A DNA stretch of 64,000 nt from Terrimicrobiaceae bacterium (GTDB lineage Bacteria > Verrucomicrobiota > Verrucomicrobiia > Chthoniobacterales > Terrimicrobiaceae): positions 160,001-224,000 of the forward strand of contig JBGSVZ010000038.1 of NCBI GenBank assembly GCA_041752695.1. Reading direction: 5' to 3'. The stretch's first letter is position 1, and the number at the start of each line of letters is the position of its first letter. A program made the translations under genes and the position numbers. The notes below the pieces were generated by a model. That model searched no databases. It was not told the origin of the DNA and saw only the letters and a program-made list of their open reading frames with translations. Positions 28,239 through 37,856 of the stretch are shown here, piece by piece.

Positions 28239-29984
28239 ATGATGCTTCGCCCCCAGACTTTTCGCTTTTGTCTTTTCCTGGCGATCTTTTTCTCCCAGGG
28301 ATTCGGCTCCGTCCGTGCCGTGGACGATCCGGCGCTGAGCGCACAGCCGCTCGCCATCAATCAAGTCGGTTTTGAGACCGCCCGGTCTAAACGTTTTACC
28401 GCTCCGCATTCCCCGGACGGGACCCCCTTCCTGGTGCGTTCTGCGGAGCGTGGGGAGATGGTGTTTCGCGGAGAGATTCTCGGCGGCATCGGTGATTTTT
28501 CCTCGCTCCAACCAAAGGACTCGAGCGGGCATTTTGTCATCGAGCTGGAGGGCCCCGTGAAGGTCGTTAGCGATCCTTTTTTGATCCGCTCCAACCTCTA
28601 CCGGGAGCAATTCTGGCAATCGGCGGTCGATTTTCTCATTGATACGCGGTCAGCAGTGGGAACCCACCCGAGTGCTTTTGGCGGGTGTCCTTGGCGCGAT
28701 GGCAACTATTACGATGCCATCATTCCGGCCCTGGTCCTGTTCACTCTCGCTGATTCCCTGGGAGTTCAGTCCATGCCACGGCAAATTGACTGGGAGGCCG
28801 ACAAGAAACGCGTGACCGCTCCGGATTTCGCTTTCATCGACAAAGACCCCGGCGGCAAGGGTTTCATGGATGGCGTGATGGCCTATTACGAACTCGAGCC
28901 GCCCGCCGCCGATGCTCCAGATGTGGTGAAACTGATCCACTGGGGCGCAGGTATGTATCTCGTCAATCCCAAGACCCAGGATATCATGGGAGATCCTGCC
29001 AAGCTGAGAATCCACCCGCAAACCGTCGAACAGATGGCCTACGTTGTCTGGGCGTGGCCGGTGCTCAAACAATGGCTGCCCCAATCGTTCTACGACAAGG
29101 TCCGTGATTTTGTTTTCACGCATTGGAGCGCTTCCCTCGAGATCAGTCGGTGGTGGGATCCGAAGACCTACCTCACCCCCGAGGATCTGAAAGAGAGCAA
29201 TCCGATGGCAGGCTTGCTGCATCCCTACAAGGGACGGCACGCACCGGGTCACTCCATCGTCCCCAATCTTCTCCTGCATGAAGTCGCGAAACGCGAAGGC
29301 CGGAGTGATGCCGCGATCTATCTTGATGCCGCCGTGAAGCAGGCCGAGTGGTGCGTGAAGAATCTCGATTGGAACGATCCGCGGACCACCAAGGGTCACC
29401 GTATGAGCGAGCACCGCACCATTCCCAATCTCGTGTGGTTACTGCAAAAGTATCCGGACAAAGCCCCGGCTGGACTAAAGCAAAAGATCAACGAATGGGT
29501 GGATGTCGCCCTGAGCCGGTCAGACAACTTCTGGGACTACCGCCGATACGATGGGCAGGATCATTGGGCTATTCCGAAGCTCAACGATGTCGGCAATTTC
29601 CTTTCCCTGCCGGCCATTGCCACGGCAGCCAGTTGGGTGGTGGATGATCCGAAGAAAAAGGAGCGCCTGGAGCAGGTCAGCACCGCCGCCATCGATCATG
29701 TTTTTGGCCGCAATCCGCGCCTCGCCGCTGCGCCGGGCAAGCCTCAGATGGGCTTCCCCGAGGTGGAACGCGGCTGGCCCAAACATCACGCAGACGGTAA
29801 ATGCGCTCGTTTGGAAACATGCCGGGGCTCCCTTTCCTCCGCACCCGGCACCGAGATGTTTCCTTTTAACCCGAAGGGAACTTATCGCCACGCAGAGGGG
29901 TGGGTGAATTACGGAGCCGCGTGGTGCTTAAGTCTTGCCTATTTGAGGTTTGATGAGGAAAAGCAAACCACTCCAGACCCCTAG
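28239..29984 (+). CDS. secreted uncharacterised protein with CelD_N-like Ig domain and GH9-like (alpha/alpha)6 features, copy 1
   Basis: INQVGF..KRF, GGCPWRDG, DHVFGRNP, EGWVNYGAAW; strong similarity to the ORF at 31085 supports coding status. Confidence 0.6.
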   Translation: MMLRPQTFRFCLFLAIFFSQGFGSVRAVDDPALSAQPLAINQVGFETARSKRFTAPHSPDGTPFLVRSAERGEMVFRGEILGGIGDFSSLQPKDSSGHFVIELEGPVKVVSDPFLIRSNLYREQFWQSAVDFLIDTRSAVGTHPSAFGGCPWRDGNYYDAIIPALVLFTLADSLGVQSMPRQIDWEADKKRVTAPDFAFIDKDPGGKGFMDGVMAYYELEPPAADAPDVVKLIHWGAGMYLVNPKTQDIMGDPAKLRIHPQTVEQMAYVVWAWPVLKQWLPQSFYDKVRDFVFTHWSASLEISRWWDPKTYLTPEDLKESNPMAGLLHPYKGRHAPGHSIVPNLLLHEVAKREGRSDAAIYLDAAVKQAEWCVKNLDWNDPRTTKGHRMSEHRTIPNLVWLLQKYPDKAPAGLKQKINEWVDVALSRSDNFWDYRRYDGQDHWAIPKLNDVGNFLSLPAIATAASWVVDDPKKKERLEQVSTAAIDHVFGRNPRLAAAPGKPQMGFPEVERGWPKHHADGKCARLETCRGSLSSAPGTEMFPFNPKGTYRHAEGWVNYGAAWCLSLAYLRFDEEKQTTPDP

Positions 29985-30158
29985 CTCAGGCCGGTCTTCG
30001 GGTGAAGGGAGTTCTCTGAATTGGTCTTCCCGCCGGGGACGCTCCGCTTCTTTGCACATGACAGCTTGCCGGAGAACGTCCTCGAAGGCACACTCCTCCC
30101 TTGCAAAGCCCGCCAGCCCAACGAACCGCATCAAGCGCACAGGACCGGCCCCAAAACC

Positions 30159-31007
30159 ATGCGTTACCGTGATTGGCTCAATCTGAACATCCACCTGCTG
30201 TGGTGTCACAATCTGCCGGTGGCACGGGGGCGAAAAGATGCGGGGGCGGTTTTGCGCTCGACAGAATATACGAACAGCGGAGCGTGGTTGGTCCGTGAAG
30301 GCTGGGCGCAGGTGGAGCATGCTGGGAAACGCTATCGAGCCGAGCCGGGACAGTGGCTCATCGTCAAGCCAGGGGAGCGGGTGCAGACATTCTCCGGCAA
30401 TGCTCGACTGATTTCCCTCGCCTTTGATGCCCGCTGGCCGGATGGGTCGCACCTGTTTGATAAGGGTCTGAGCATGGTCGTGGATGGAGCGGATGCCCCC
30501 GATCTGGAGAAATGGGTGCGCCCGATCTTGCTCACCATGAAACGGGTGAACCCGGATACTTGGGACGCGCGGGATCATGTCGTGGACATGCCCCTTTTTT
30601 TCCGCATCGAACAGCTGTTGTTTCGATGGCTTGTCGCGCTAGCCGACGTGTTGGCAGACCGGGGTATTGCCCATACCGGTCATACCGGCATCGACGAACG
30701 CGTCCGCACGATCCTTGACCTCATGCACACCCACGACCTGGGCGAACCGCTCGACGGTGGGCGGCTCGCCGGCAGAGTGGGCCTGAGTCAAAATCACCTC
30801 GTCCGTCTTTTTCGCCGCGACCTGCAAACGACGCCCACTCAATACTGGGACAGACTTCGCATCGAACACGCGCGCCACCGCCTCCTCCAACCCGAGGCCC
30901 GCGTGAAGGAAGTCTCCATCGAACTCGGCTTTACCTACCTGTCCCACTTCTCCAAGTGGTTCAAGCGCCACACGGGGAAAACTCCCCGGGCCATTCGGGA
31001 GGCATAA
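30159..31007 (+). CDS. AraC-family transcriptional regulator
   Basis: C-terminal LAGRVGLSQNHLVRLF and VKEVSIELGFTYLSHFSKWFKRHTGKTP. Confidence 0.92.
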   Translation: MRYRDWLNLNIHLLWCHNLPVARGRKDAGAVLRSTEYTNSGAWLVREGWAQVEHAGKRYRAEPGQWLIVKPGERVQTFSGNARLISLAFDARWPDGSHLFDKGLSMVVDGADAPDLEKWVRPILLTMKRVNPDTWDARDHVVDMPLFFRIEQLLFRWLVALADVLADRGIAHTGHTGIDERVRTILDLMHTHDLGEPLDGGRLAGRVGLSQNHLVRLFRRDLQTTPTQYWDRLRIEHARHRLLQPEARVKEVSIELGFTYLSHFSKWFKRHTGKTPRAIREA

Positions 31008-31036
31008 AAAGTATAACGGAATGAGTAAATTGTATA
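31005..31036 (+). promoter_or_regulatory. candidate AraC operator (21-bp periodic direct repeat)
   Basis: TAAAAAGTATA 31005-31015 and TAAATTGTATA 31026-31036. Confidence 0.5.
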
Positions 31037-31084
31037 GCCAGCCCCCCTCGACAGCCTGTTTGGAATGCGTTTGATTTCAATGCT

Positions 31085-32836
31085 GTGCGTTTCCCCCCGA
31101 GTTTTTCCCGGCGCCTCCTGTCGGCCTGGCTGTTGATCGTGTTCTTCGCGGAGTTCGCCTTGGCCCAGGTCAACGCGGATCCGGCCCTTGGCGAGCAGCC
31201 GGTTGCCGTGAACCAGGTGGGATATGAGACGGGCGGTCCGAAGCGATTCACCGCTCCGAAAGCGAAGGACGGAACAAAGTTTTTCATTCGGTCTGCGGAC
31301 GGGGGCGATGCTTTGTTTCACGGCGACATCCATGCCGGCATCGGGGATTTTTCAGCGTTCCGTCCCAAGGATTCTGTCCGGCGCTTTGTGGTGGAGTTGG
31401 AGGGGCCGGCGAAGGTGACCAGCGATCCGTTCCTGGTTCGTTCAAAACTCTACGAGGAACAGTTCTGGCAGCCTGCGGTGGATTTTCTGGTGGATTCCCG
31501 TTCCGCGGTGGGAACCCATCCCAGCGCTTATGGCGGGTGTCCCTGGCGCGATGGGACTTATTACGATGCAATCATTCCCGCTTTGACCCTTTTTTATCTC
31601 GCTGACCCGAAACGTGTCGAGGCGATGCCACGACAAATCGACTGGGAGGCCGACAAAAAAAGGGTGACCTCCCCGGACCTCACGTTCAATGACAAAGACC
31701 CGGGCGGCAAAGGGTTCATGGATTCCGTACGGGCCTATTATGATCTTGAACCACCCGCCGCAGATGCGCCCGATGTGGTGAAGCTGATCCATTGGGGAGC
31801 GGGATTTTACCTTGTCAACCCCCTGACCCACGACCCGTCCAAGGATCCGGATAAATGGAAGGTCCATCCTCAGACCGTGGAACAGCTTGCTTATGTTCTC
31901 TGGGCCTGGCCGGCACTCAAACAGTGGTTGCCCGAATCCTTTTATCAGAGGGTTCGCGATTTCTGTTTCGGAAACTGGAGGCCATCTCTCGCGATCAGCC
32001 CATGGTGGGATCCTCAAACCTATCTGACCCCGGACGACCTGAAGGAGGGCAATCCCATGGGCGGATTGCTTCATCCGTATAAAGGGCGACATGCTCCCGG
32101 GCATTCGATTGTGCCCAACCTTCTGATGCATGAAGTGGCGAAACGGGAGGGCCGGGGTGATGCCGCGATCTATTTGGATGCTGCCGTGAAGCAAGCCGAA
32201 TGGTGTGTCAAGAACCTCGACTGGAACGACCCGCGCACCACCAAGGGACACCGCATGAGCGAGCATCGCACCATCCCGAATCTCGTCTGGCTGCTGCAAA
32301 AATATCCGGAGCAAGCTCCTGCTGGCTTGAGGGATAAAATCGACCAGTGGGTGGATGTCGCGCTGAGCCGATCGGATAATCTCTGGGACTATCGGCGGTT
32401 CGATTTGAAAGACCACTGGTCGATTCCCAAAGTCAATGACCTCGGCAACCTGATCTCCTTTCCTGCCGTCGCCACGGCGGCGAGTTGGGTGGTGGGAGAC
32501 CCGGAAAAAAAGGCCCGCCTGGCGCAGATTAGCACCGCGGCCATCGATCACGTGTTTGGCCGCAACCCCCGGCTGGCCGCTGCGCCGGCCAAGCCAGGGA
32601 TGGGCTTTCCGGAGGTCGAGCGGGGGTGGCCCAAACACTACAAGGAAGATACCTGCGCGAGGCTTGAGCTATGTCGTGGATCGCTTTCCTCCGCCCCCGG
32701 CACCGAGATGTTTCCCTTTCATCCCGAGGGTGTCTATCGCCACCCCGAAGGTTGGGTGAACTATGGTGCCTCCTGGTGCATCAGCCTGGCCTATCTGCAA
32801 TTTGAGGCAGGCGCAAAAACCACCCCAACACCCTAA
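31085..32836 (+). CDS. secreted uncharacterised GH9-like protein, copy 2
   Basis: VNQVGY..KRF, GGCPWRDG, DHVFGRNP, EGWVNYGASW. Confidence 0.6.
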   Translation: MRFPPSFSRRLLSAWLLIVFFAEFALAQVNADPALGEQPVAVNQVGYETGGPKRFTAPKAKDGTKFFIRSADGGDALFHGDIHAGIGDFSAFRPKDSVRRFVVELEGPAKVTSDPFLVRSKLYEEQFWQPAVDFLVDSRSAVGTHPSAYGGCPWRDGTYYDAIIPALTLFYLADPKRVEAMPRQIDWEADKKRVTSPDLTFNDKDPGGKGFMDSVRAYYDLEPPAADAPDVVKLIHWGAGFYLVNPLTHDPSKDPDKWKVHPQTVEQLAYVLWAWPALKQWLPESFYQRVRDFCFGNWRPSLAISPWWDPQTYLTPDDLKEGNPMGGLLHPYKGRHAPGHSIVPNLLMHEVAKREGRGDAAIYLDAAVKQAEWCVKNLDWNDPRTTKGHRMSEHRTIPNLVWLLQKYPEQAPAGLRDKIDQWVDVALSRSDNLWDYRRFDLKDHWSIPKVNDLGNLISFPAVATAASWVVGDPEKKARLAQISTAAIDHVFGRNPRLAAAPAKPGMGFPEVERGWPKHYKEDTCARLELCRGSLSSAPGTEMFPFHPEGVYRHPEGWVNYGASWCISLAYLQFEAGAKTTPTP

Positions 32837-32839
32837 GTT

Positions 32840-34219
32840 ATGAAAATCAAAGGAATGCGCTGGTGGATTGTGGTGCTGGTTTTCCTCGCCGCGGTGCTTA
32901 ACTACGTGGATCGCCAGGTTCTCTCGGTGCTCGCACCAACCATTCAAGCGGATTTGGGTTTGGATGACCGCGATTACGCGAATGTTCTCAATATTTTTCT
33001 GATCGCCTATACCCTGGCCTATCTCGTTTCGGGCAAGCTGGTGGACCGCATGGGCGCACGGAACAGCACCCTGCTGTTTGTCGTATGGTGGTCGCTGTCG
33101 AATGTCGCGACCGCGTGGGCGCAGGGCATGCGCTCCATGAGTGCGATCCGGTTTTCCCTGGGTCTCGGTGAGGCGGGGATCTGGCCAGCCGCATCGAAGG
33201 TCGTCTCGGAGTGGTTTCCCTCCCGGGAGCGGGCCCTGGCGATTGGCTTCTATACCATGGGGGCGACGGTTGGTGCCACGTTGGCTCCCTACATTGTGAT
33301 CCCTCTGGCGGGATTTGATTATGCCGAAAAGATGCCTTGGATCAACTCGCTCTTCGGTCACGGAACCGGATGGCGAATGGCTTTCTTAATCACAGGGCTG
33401 ACTGGCCTTCTTTGGGTGATCCCCTGGCTGTTCCTTTATCGCAAGCCCCGCGAAAGCAAGTTCCTGGGCCGCGAGGAACTGGATCTTATCGAAGATGGAA
33501 TTGCGGAAACCTCAACCGCGAATGAAGCGGGATGGTCCTGGGGACAGGTGCTTCGGTTCAAACCGCTCTGGCTGCTTTTGGTGGGAAGGCTCCTCACGGA
33601 CCCGGTCTGGTATTTTTATCAATTCTGGTTTGCGAAGTATCTCAACACCGACCGGGGCGTCGCCCAATCGGATCTGACCATCACCTGGATTGTTTACGCC
33701 GCGGCCGGGGTTGGATCATTGTTCGGTGGCTGGCTCTCCGGTGCGCTGATCAAGCGGGGTATGCAGCCGGTCAAGGCGCGTCTGTGGGTCATGCTCGGTT
33801 GCGCCTGTCTCATGCCGCTTTCGCCCTTTATTGCGTCGGCCAGTGGATTGCCCGTCACGATGGTGTTGACCGGGGTCACGGTATTCGCCTCGCTTTCCTG
33901 GCTCATCAACATCAGCGCGCTCATCGTGGATGTCGCTCCCAAGCACTCGCTCGGCACGATTTTCAGTGTCATTGCGGCGGGTAGCACTCTCGGTGGCATC
34001 ATCATGAACATGATTGTGGCCGCCATGGTCTCGGGCCCATCGAGCAAGCCCGCCGGGTTTCTGGATGTGGCCTTCAAACAAGTGGTGGGCCCCTTGCTCG
34101 AATTGGTTTCCGGTCAGGGATACGGGCCCTGGTTTCTGGCCATGGCCTTTTTGCATCCCATTGCCTTGCTCTTCATCTGGGTGAGCGGTATCTCGCGCAC
34201 CACCGCCTCACAAAACTAA
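32840..34219 (+). CDS. MFS transporter, ExuT/ACS (hexuronate-like)
   Basis: LNYVDRQ, GLGEAG.WP, EWFP.RERALA, RLLTDPVWYFYQFW. Confidence 0.88.
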   Translation: MKIKGMRWWIVVLVFLAAVLNYVDRQVLSVLAPTIQADLGLDDRDYANVLNIFLIAYTLAYLVSGKLVDRMGARNSTLLFVVWWSLSNVATAWAQGMRSMSAIRFSLGLGEAGIWPAASKVVSEWFPSRERALAIGFYTMGATVGATLAPYIVIPLAGFDYAEKMPWINSLFGHGTGWRMAFLITGLTGLLWVIPWLFLYRKPRESKFLGREELDLIEDGIAETSTANEAGWSWGQVLRFKPLWLLLVGRLLTDPVWYFYQFWFAKYLNTDRGVAQSDLTITWIVYAAAGVGSLFGGWLSGALIKRGMQPVKARLWVMLGCACLMPLSPFIASASGLPVTMVLTGVTVFASLSWLINISALIVDVAPKHSLGTIFSVIAAGSTLGGIIMNMIVAAMVSGPSSKPAGFLDVAFKQVVGPLLELVSGQGYGPWFLAMAFLHPIALLFIWVSGISRTTASQN

Positions 34220-34237
34220 CCCCGAAGGATCTTACTT

Positions 34238-36508
34238 ATGATTATCGAACATGCCACGAACCGTCGCGAATTGAAAGCCGTCTCCATCAACGCCGACCTC
34301 GTGGTCGTCGGGGGTGGCCTGGCTGGGACCTGCTGTGCCATCGCCGCCGCACGCGAAGGCGCAAAAGTCGTTCTCGTCCAGGACCGCCCGGTGCTTGGTG
34401 GCAACGCCTCCAGCGAGGTTCGCCTCTGGGCGCTCGGGGCCACGTCCCATCTGGGCAACAATAACCGCTGGTCCCGTGAGGGCGGTGTGATCAACGAGAT
34501 CCTCGAAGAAAATCTCTACCGAAACCGTCAGGGCAACGCCATGATCTTCGATACGGTGCTTTTGGAAAAGTGTCTCGGGGAGCCCAACATCACCCTGCTG
34601 CTCAACACCGCCGCATTTGAGGTGGAAAAGAGTGACCCGGACACCCTCTCGGCCGTCCATGCCTTCTGCTCACAGAACTCGACTCGCTACCTCCTGCATG
34701 CGCCTCTTTTTTGCGATGCCTCCGGCGACGGGATCATCGGGTTCATGGCGGGAGCCGCCTTCCGTATGGGGGCGGAATCGAAAGAAGAATTCGGTGAGGC
34801 CTTCGCGCCCGATGCGGCTTACGGTCAGTTGCTCGGGCACTCAATGTATTTCTACAGCAAGGACGTTGGCACTCCGGTCAAGTTCGTTCCGCCAAGTTGG
34901 GCGCTCGATGACATCACCAAGATCCCGCGGTATCGGCAGTTTCATACCAACATGCAGGGCTGCAACTTTTGGTGGCTCGAATACGGGGGCCGCCTTGATA
35001 CGGTCCATCAGACGGAAGAAATCAAATGGGAACTCTGGAAGGTTATCTACGGGGTTTGGAACTATTTCAAAAACTCCGGCAAGTTCCCCGAAGCGGAAAC
35101 GATGAATCTGGAGTGGGTCGGCACCATCCCCGGGAAGCGTGAAAGCCGCCGTTTCGAGGGCGATTACATGATCCGCCAGCAGGACCTCGTAGAGCAAACC
35201 GTCTTTGCTGATGAGGTTTATCATGGTGGCTGGGCGGTGGACCTTCATCCCGCGGATGGTGTTTATTCCGAGCTGTCCGGCTGCACCCAGTGGCATGCCA
35301 AAGGTGTCTACGGAATTCCCTACCGCTGCCACTACAGCAAAAACATCACCAACCTTTTCCTGGCGGGGCGTGTGATGAGCGCAACCCACGTCGCCTTCGG
35401 TTCCACCCGCGTGATGGTCACCTGCGCCGCCGGCGGTCAAGCGGTGGGCATTGCCGCGGCGGTCTGTCGGGAACAGGGCCTCAGCCCCCGGGACCTTGCC
35501 AGCGGTGAGGGTCTGCGCGAGTTGCAAATGCGACTGGAGCGCAGCGGACAGTTTCTCCCCAACTGCGAGATCCGTGATCCCGCCGACCTCGCCGCGTCGG
35601 CGACCATCACCGCGAGTTCCGAATGCAGGCTCGGTGAAATCAAGGCCAGTGAAAAAATCCTCAACCTCGAAAGCGCGTGGGCCATGTTGCTCCCGCTGGT
35701 CGAAGGCCCATGCCCGGTCTTTGCCTTCCCCCTCGTGGCCGAAGCCGCGACCACGCTGCGCGTGGCTTTGCGCCGATCGCAAAGGTCCTTCAATTTCACG
35801 CCGGACGAAACCCTTGAAACCCTCGAACTCGACGTGCCGGCTGGCGAGTCCCGCCCCGACATCCGATTTACCAAGTCCCTCGACCGCGCCGGGTATTATT
35901 TCATCCAGCTCTGCGAGAACCCGTCTCTTTCCGTACGTCTTGCCGACCAGCGAATCACGGGTGTGGTCTCGGTGAGCAACGCCTTCAACAAAGCCGTCGC
36001 CAAGTCCAGCGTGCAATCGCCCCCGGATGGCATCGGCATTGACACCTTTGAATTCTGGCTGCCGAAACGCCGCCCCGAGGGACACAACCTCGCGATGACG
36101 ATAATTCCCCCGCTCGAAGGTTTTTCCCCCGCCAATGTCAATCACGGCCCAGCCCGACCAACGACTGCCGTCAATGCCTGGGTCGCCGACCCCGCCGACG
36201 CAAGACCCGAGCTGACCCTGAATTGGACAGAGCCCGTGGACATTGCCCGTATCGTCATCGAGTTCGACCCCGACTGGGATCACCCCATGGAGAGCGTGCT
36301 TATGACGCACCCCGAAGAAACCGTGCCCTTCCTGGTGCGAGACTTCGATCTGCTCGACGACAAGGGAGTTGTTCTGCGCGAGGTGCGCAATAACCACTCG
36401 GCCCGGGTGGAGCACAACCAGAGACTCACCACGGCAAAGCTCATCCTCCGCGTCCACGCCACGCACGGGACCCCGGCGGCCGTTTTTCGTGTCAGGGTTT
36501 TTGCGTGA
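34238..36508 (+). CDS. FAD-dependent oxidoreductase with C-terminal beta-sandwich domain
   Basis: VVVGGGLAG, DRPVLGGNASSE, DASGDG, KRESRR, HVAFGSTRVM. Confidence 0.88.
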   Translation: MIIEHATNRRELKAVSINADLVVVGGGLAGTCCAIAAAREGAKVVLVQDRPVLGGNASSEVRLWALGATSHLGNNNRWSREGGVINEILEENLYRNRQGNAMIFDTVLLEKCLGEPNITLLLNTAAFEVEKSDPDTLSAVHAFCSQNSTRYLLHAPLFCDASGDGIIGFMAGAAFRMGAESKEEFGEAFAPDAAYGQLLGHSMYFYSKDVGTPVKFVPPSWALDDITKIPRYRQFHTNMQGCNFWWLEYGGRLDTVHQTEEIKWELWKVIYGVWNYFKNSGKFPEAETMNLEWVGTIPGKRESRRFEGDYMIRQQDLVEQTVFADEVYHGGWAVDLHPADGVYSELSGCTQWHAKGVYGIPYRCHYSKNITNLFLAGRVMSATHVAFGSTRVMVTCAAGGQAVGIAAAVCREQGLSPRDLASGEGLRELQMRLERSGQFLPNCEIRDPADLAASATITASSECRLGEIKASEKILNLESAWAMLLPLVEGPCPVFAFPLVAEAATTLRVALRRSQRSFNFTPDETLETLELDVPAGESRPDIRFTKSLDRAGYYFIQLCENPSLSVRLADQRITGVVSVSNAFNKAVAKSSVQSPPDGIGIDTFEFWLPKRRPEGHNLAMTIIPPLEGFSPANVNHGPARPTTAVNAWVADPADARPELTLNWTEPVDIARIVIEFDPDWDHPMESVLMTHPEETVPFLVRDFDLLDDKGVVLREVRNNHSARVEHNQRLTTAKLILRVHATHGTPAAVFRVRVFA

Positions 36509-36564
36509 GAGCAGGCAGGCCGGCGAGCGCACGGTCATGGTTCCCGGTTGGACGACGGTGGGTT

Positions 36565-36594
36565 TTGACTTGTCCTGGCAAAACACACTACGAT
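36565..36594 (+). promoter_or_regulatory. candidate sigma70 promoter
   Basis: TTGACT-N18-TACGAT upstream of 36618. Confidence 0.4.
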
Positions 36595-36617
36595 GATTTG
36601 GTAAATCTCTCCTTCTT

Positions 36618-37139
36618 ATGACGATTCCCTATCCCCAAGCCAAACGGCAGTGCACCGCAACAGAATTTCAACTGCTTGAAACCGTCCGAACGGAAAAGCT
36701 GCAGTCTCTCAAGGCTGCGGTGCTGAAAGCGAAGATCGCTCGCACGCGCGGCTTCCTTGCTAAATGGCGGGACCTTGGGATCCAGCAAGCCCGCAAGACC
36801 AAGACGGCGGCGGTGCCCGAACGCACCGCGCAGAAGGTGGCGTGGTTTACAGAAGCTCTGCGCCGTTTCGAAGCGCAGTTGGGCAAGTTGGAAAAAGCCG
36901 CGGAAGTGGCGGCCAAACAGGCAGCGGTTAAGGCGAAAAAAGCCGCTCGTCCCAAGGCGGCAGTTCCGGCCGGACCCAAGCGGGGGGGGAAGGGGAATCC
37001 GACAAAGGCGCTGAAGGCTGTGGAAACCCAGGCGAAAGTTCGCCAGATGCGAATTGCGCAGAGTGGCCAGATGGGCCGCAGGCATGGGCACGTGTTGGCG
37101 ACTGGCCGCCGCAACCAAGCCAAACGCAACGCGCGTTAG
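36618..37139 (+). CDS. basic Lys/Ala/Arg-rich hypothetical protein
   Basis: Own promoter-like site; fills the gap exactly; C-terminal GHV.A.GRRNQAKRNAR. Confidence 0.65.
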   Translation: MTIPYPQAKRQCTATEFQLLETVRTEKLQSLKAAVLKAKIARTRGFLAKWRDLGIQQARKTKTAAVPERTAQKVAWFTEALRRFEAQLGKLEKAAEVAAKQAAVKAKKAARPKAAVPAGPKRGGKGNPTKALKAVETQAKVRQMRIAQSGQMGRRHGHVLATGRRNQAKRNAR

Positions 37140-37837
37140 TCCTTCGCGGTTTGGCCGTAGTAGGCGGCCGGGCCGTGTTTGCGGAAGAAGTGCTTGTCGA
37201 GCAGGAACGACGAGATGGGTTCGGCAGCCGGATTGAGCTGCAGAACCTTGAGGGCCATTTCAGCGACGATTTCGAGCGCCAGGGCGTTCTCCAAGGCTTT
37301 GGCACCGGAGGGTCCCCAGGCAAAGGGGCCGTGGCCATTGACCAGCACCGCGCTCATATGGTCCGGATCGAGTTTTGCAAAACGCTCGGCAATGACGTTC
37401 CCCGTCTCCCATTCGTAGGCGCGAAGAATTTCTTCCGGTGTCATGGGACGCGTTACCGGAACTTCGCCGTAAAAATAATCCGCGTGAGTTGTCCCAAAGC
37501 AAGGAATCCCCCGACCCGCCTGGGCGAAGGAGACGGCGTGGCGGGAATGGGTGTGAACGACAGAGCGGATGTCGGGGAAGGCCTGAAACAGACGTCGATG
37601 CGTCGGACTGTCGGAGGAAGGCTTGAGTGCGCCCTCGACGACGTTGCCATCGAGGTCGAGCAGCACCATATCGGACGGCGTGAGTTTTGCGTAATCCACG
37701 CCGCTCGGCTTGATGGCAAAGAGGCCGGCGGCGCGGTCGATCACGCTGACATTGCCGAAGGTGAGATCGACGAGTCCGGTTTTCGGTAATGCGATGTTGG
37801 CCTGACAACATTCTTCCCGGAGGGTGCGCTGGTTCAT
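37136..37837 (-). CDS. araD: L-ribulose-5-phosphate 4-epimerase
   Basis: TFGNVS, IKPSG, PSSDSPTH, VHTHS, GTTHADYF, RKHG..AYYGQ. Confidence 0.95.
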   Translation of the reverse strand: MNQRTLREECCQANIALPKTGLVDLTFGNVSVIDRAAGLFAIKPSGVDYAKLTPSDMVLLDLDGNVVEGALKPSSDSPTHRRLFQAFPDIRSVVHTHSRHAVSFAQAGRGIPCFGTTHADYFYGEVPVTRPMTPEEILRAYEWETGNVIAERFAKLDPDHMSAVLVNGHGPFAWGPSGAKALENALALEIVAEMALKVLQLNPAAEPISSFLLDKHFFRKHGPAAYYGQTAKD

Positions 37838-37856
37838 AAGTGAGAGTGACTAAGGC

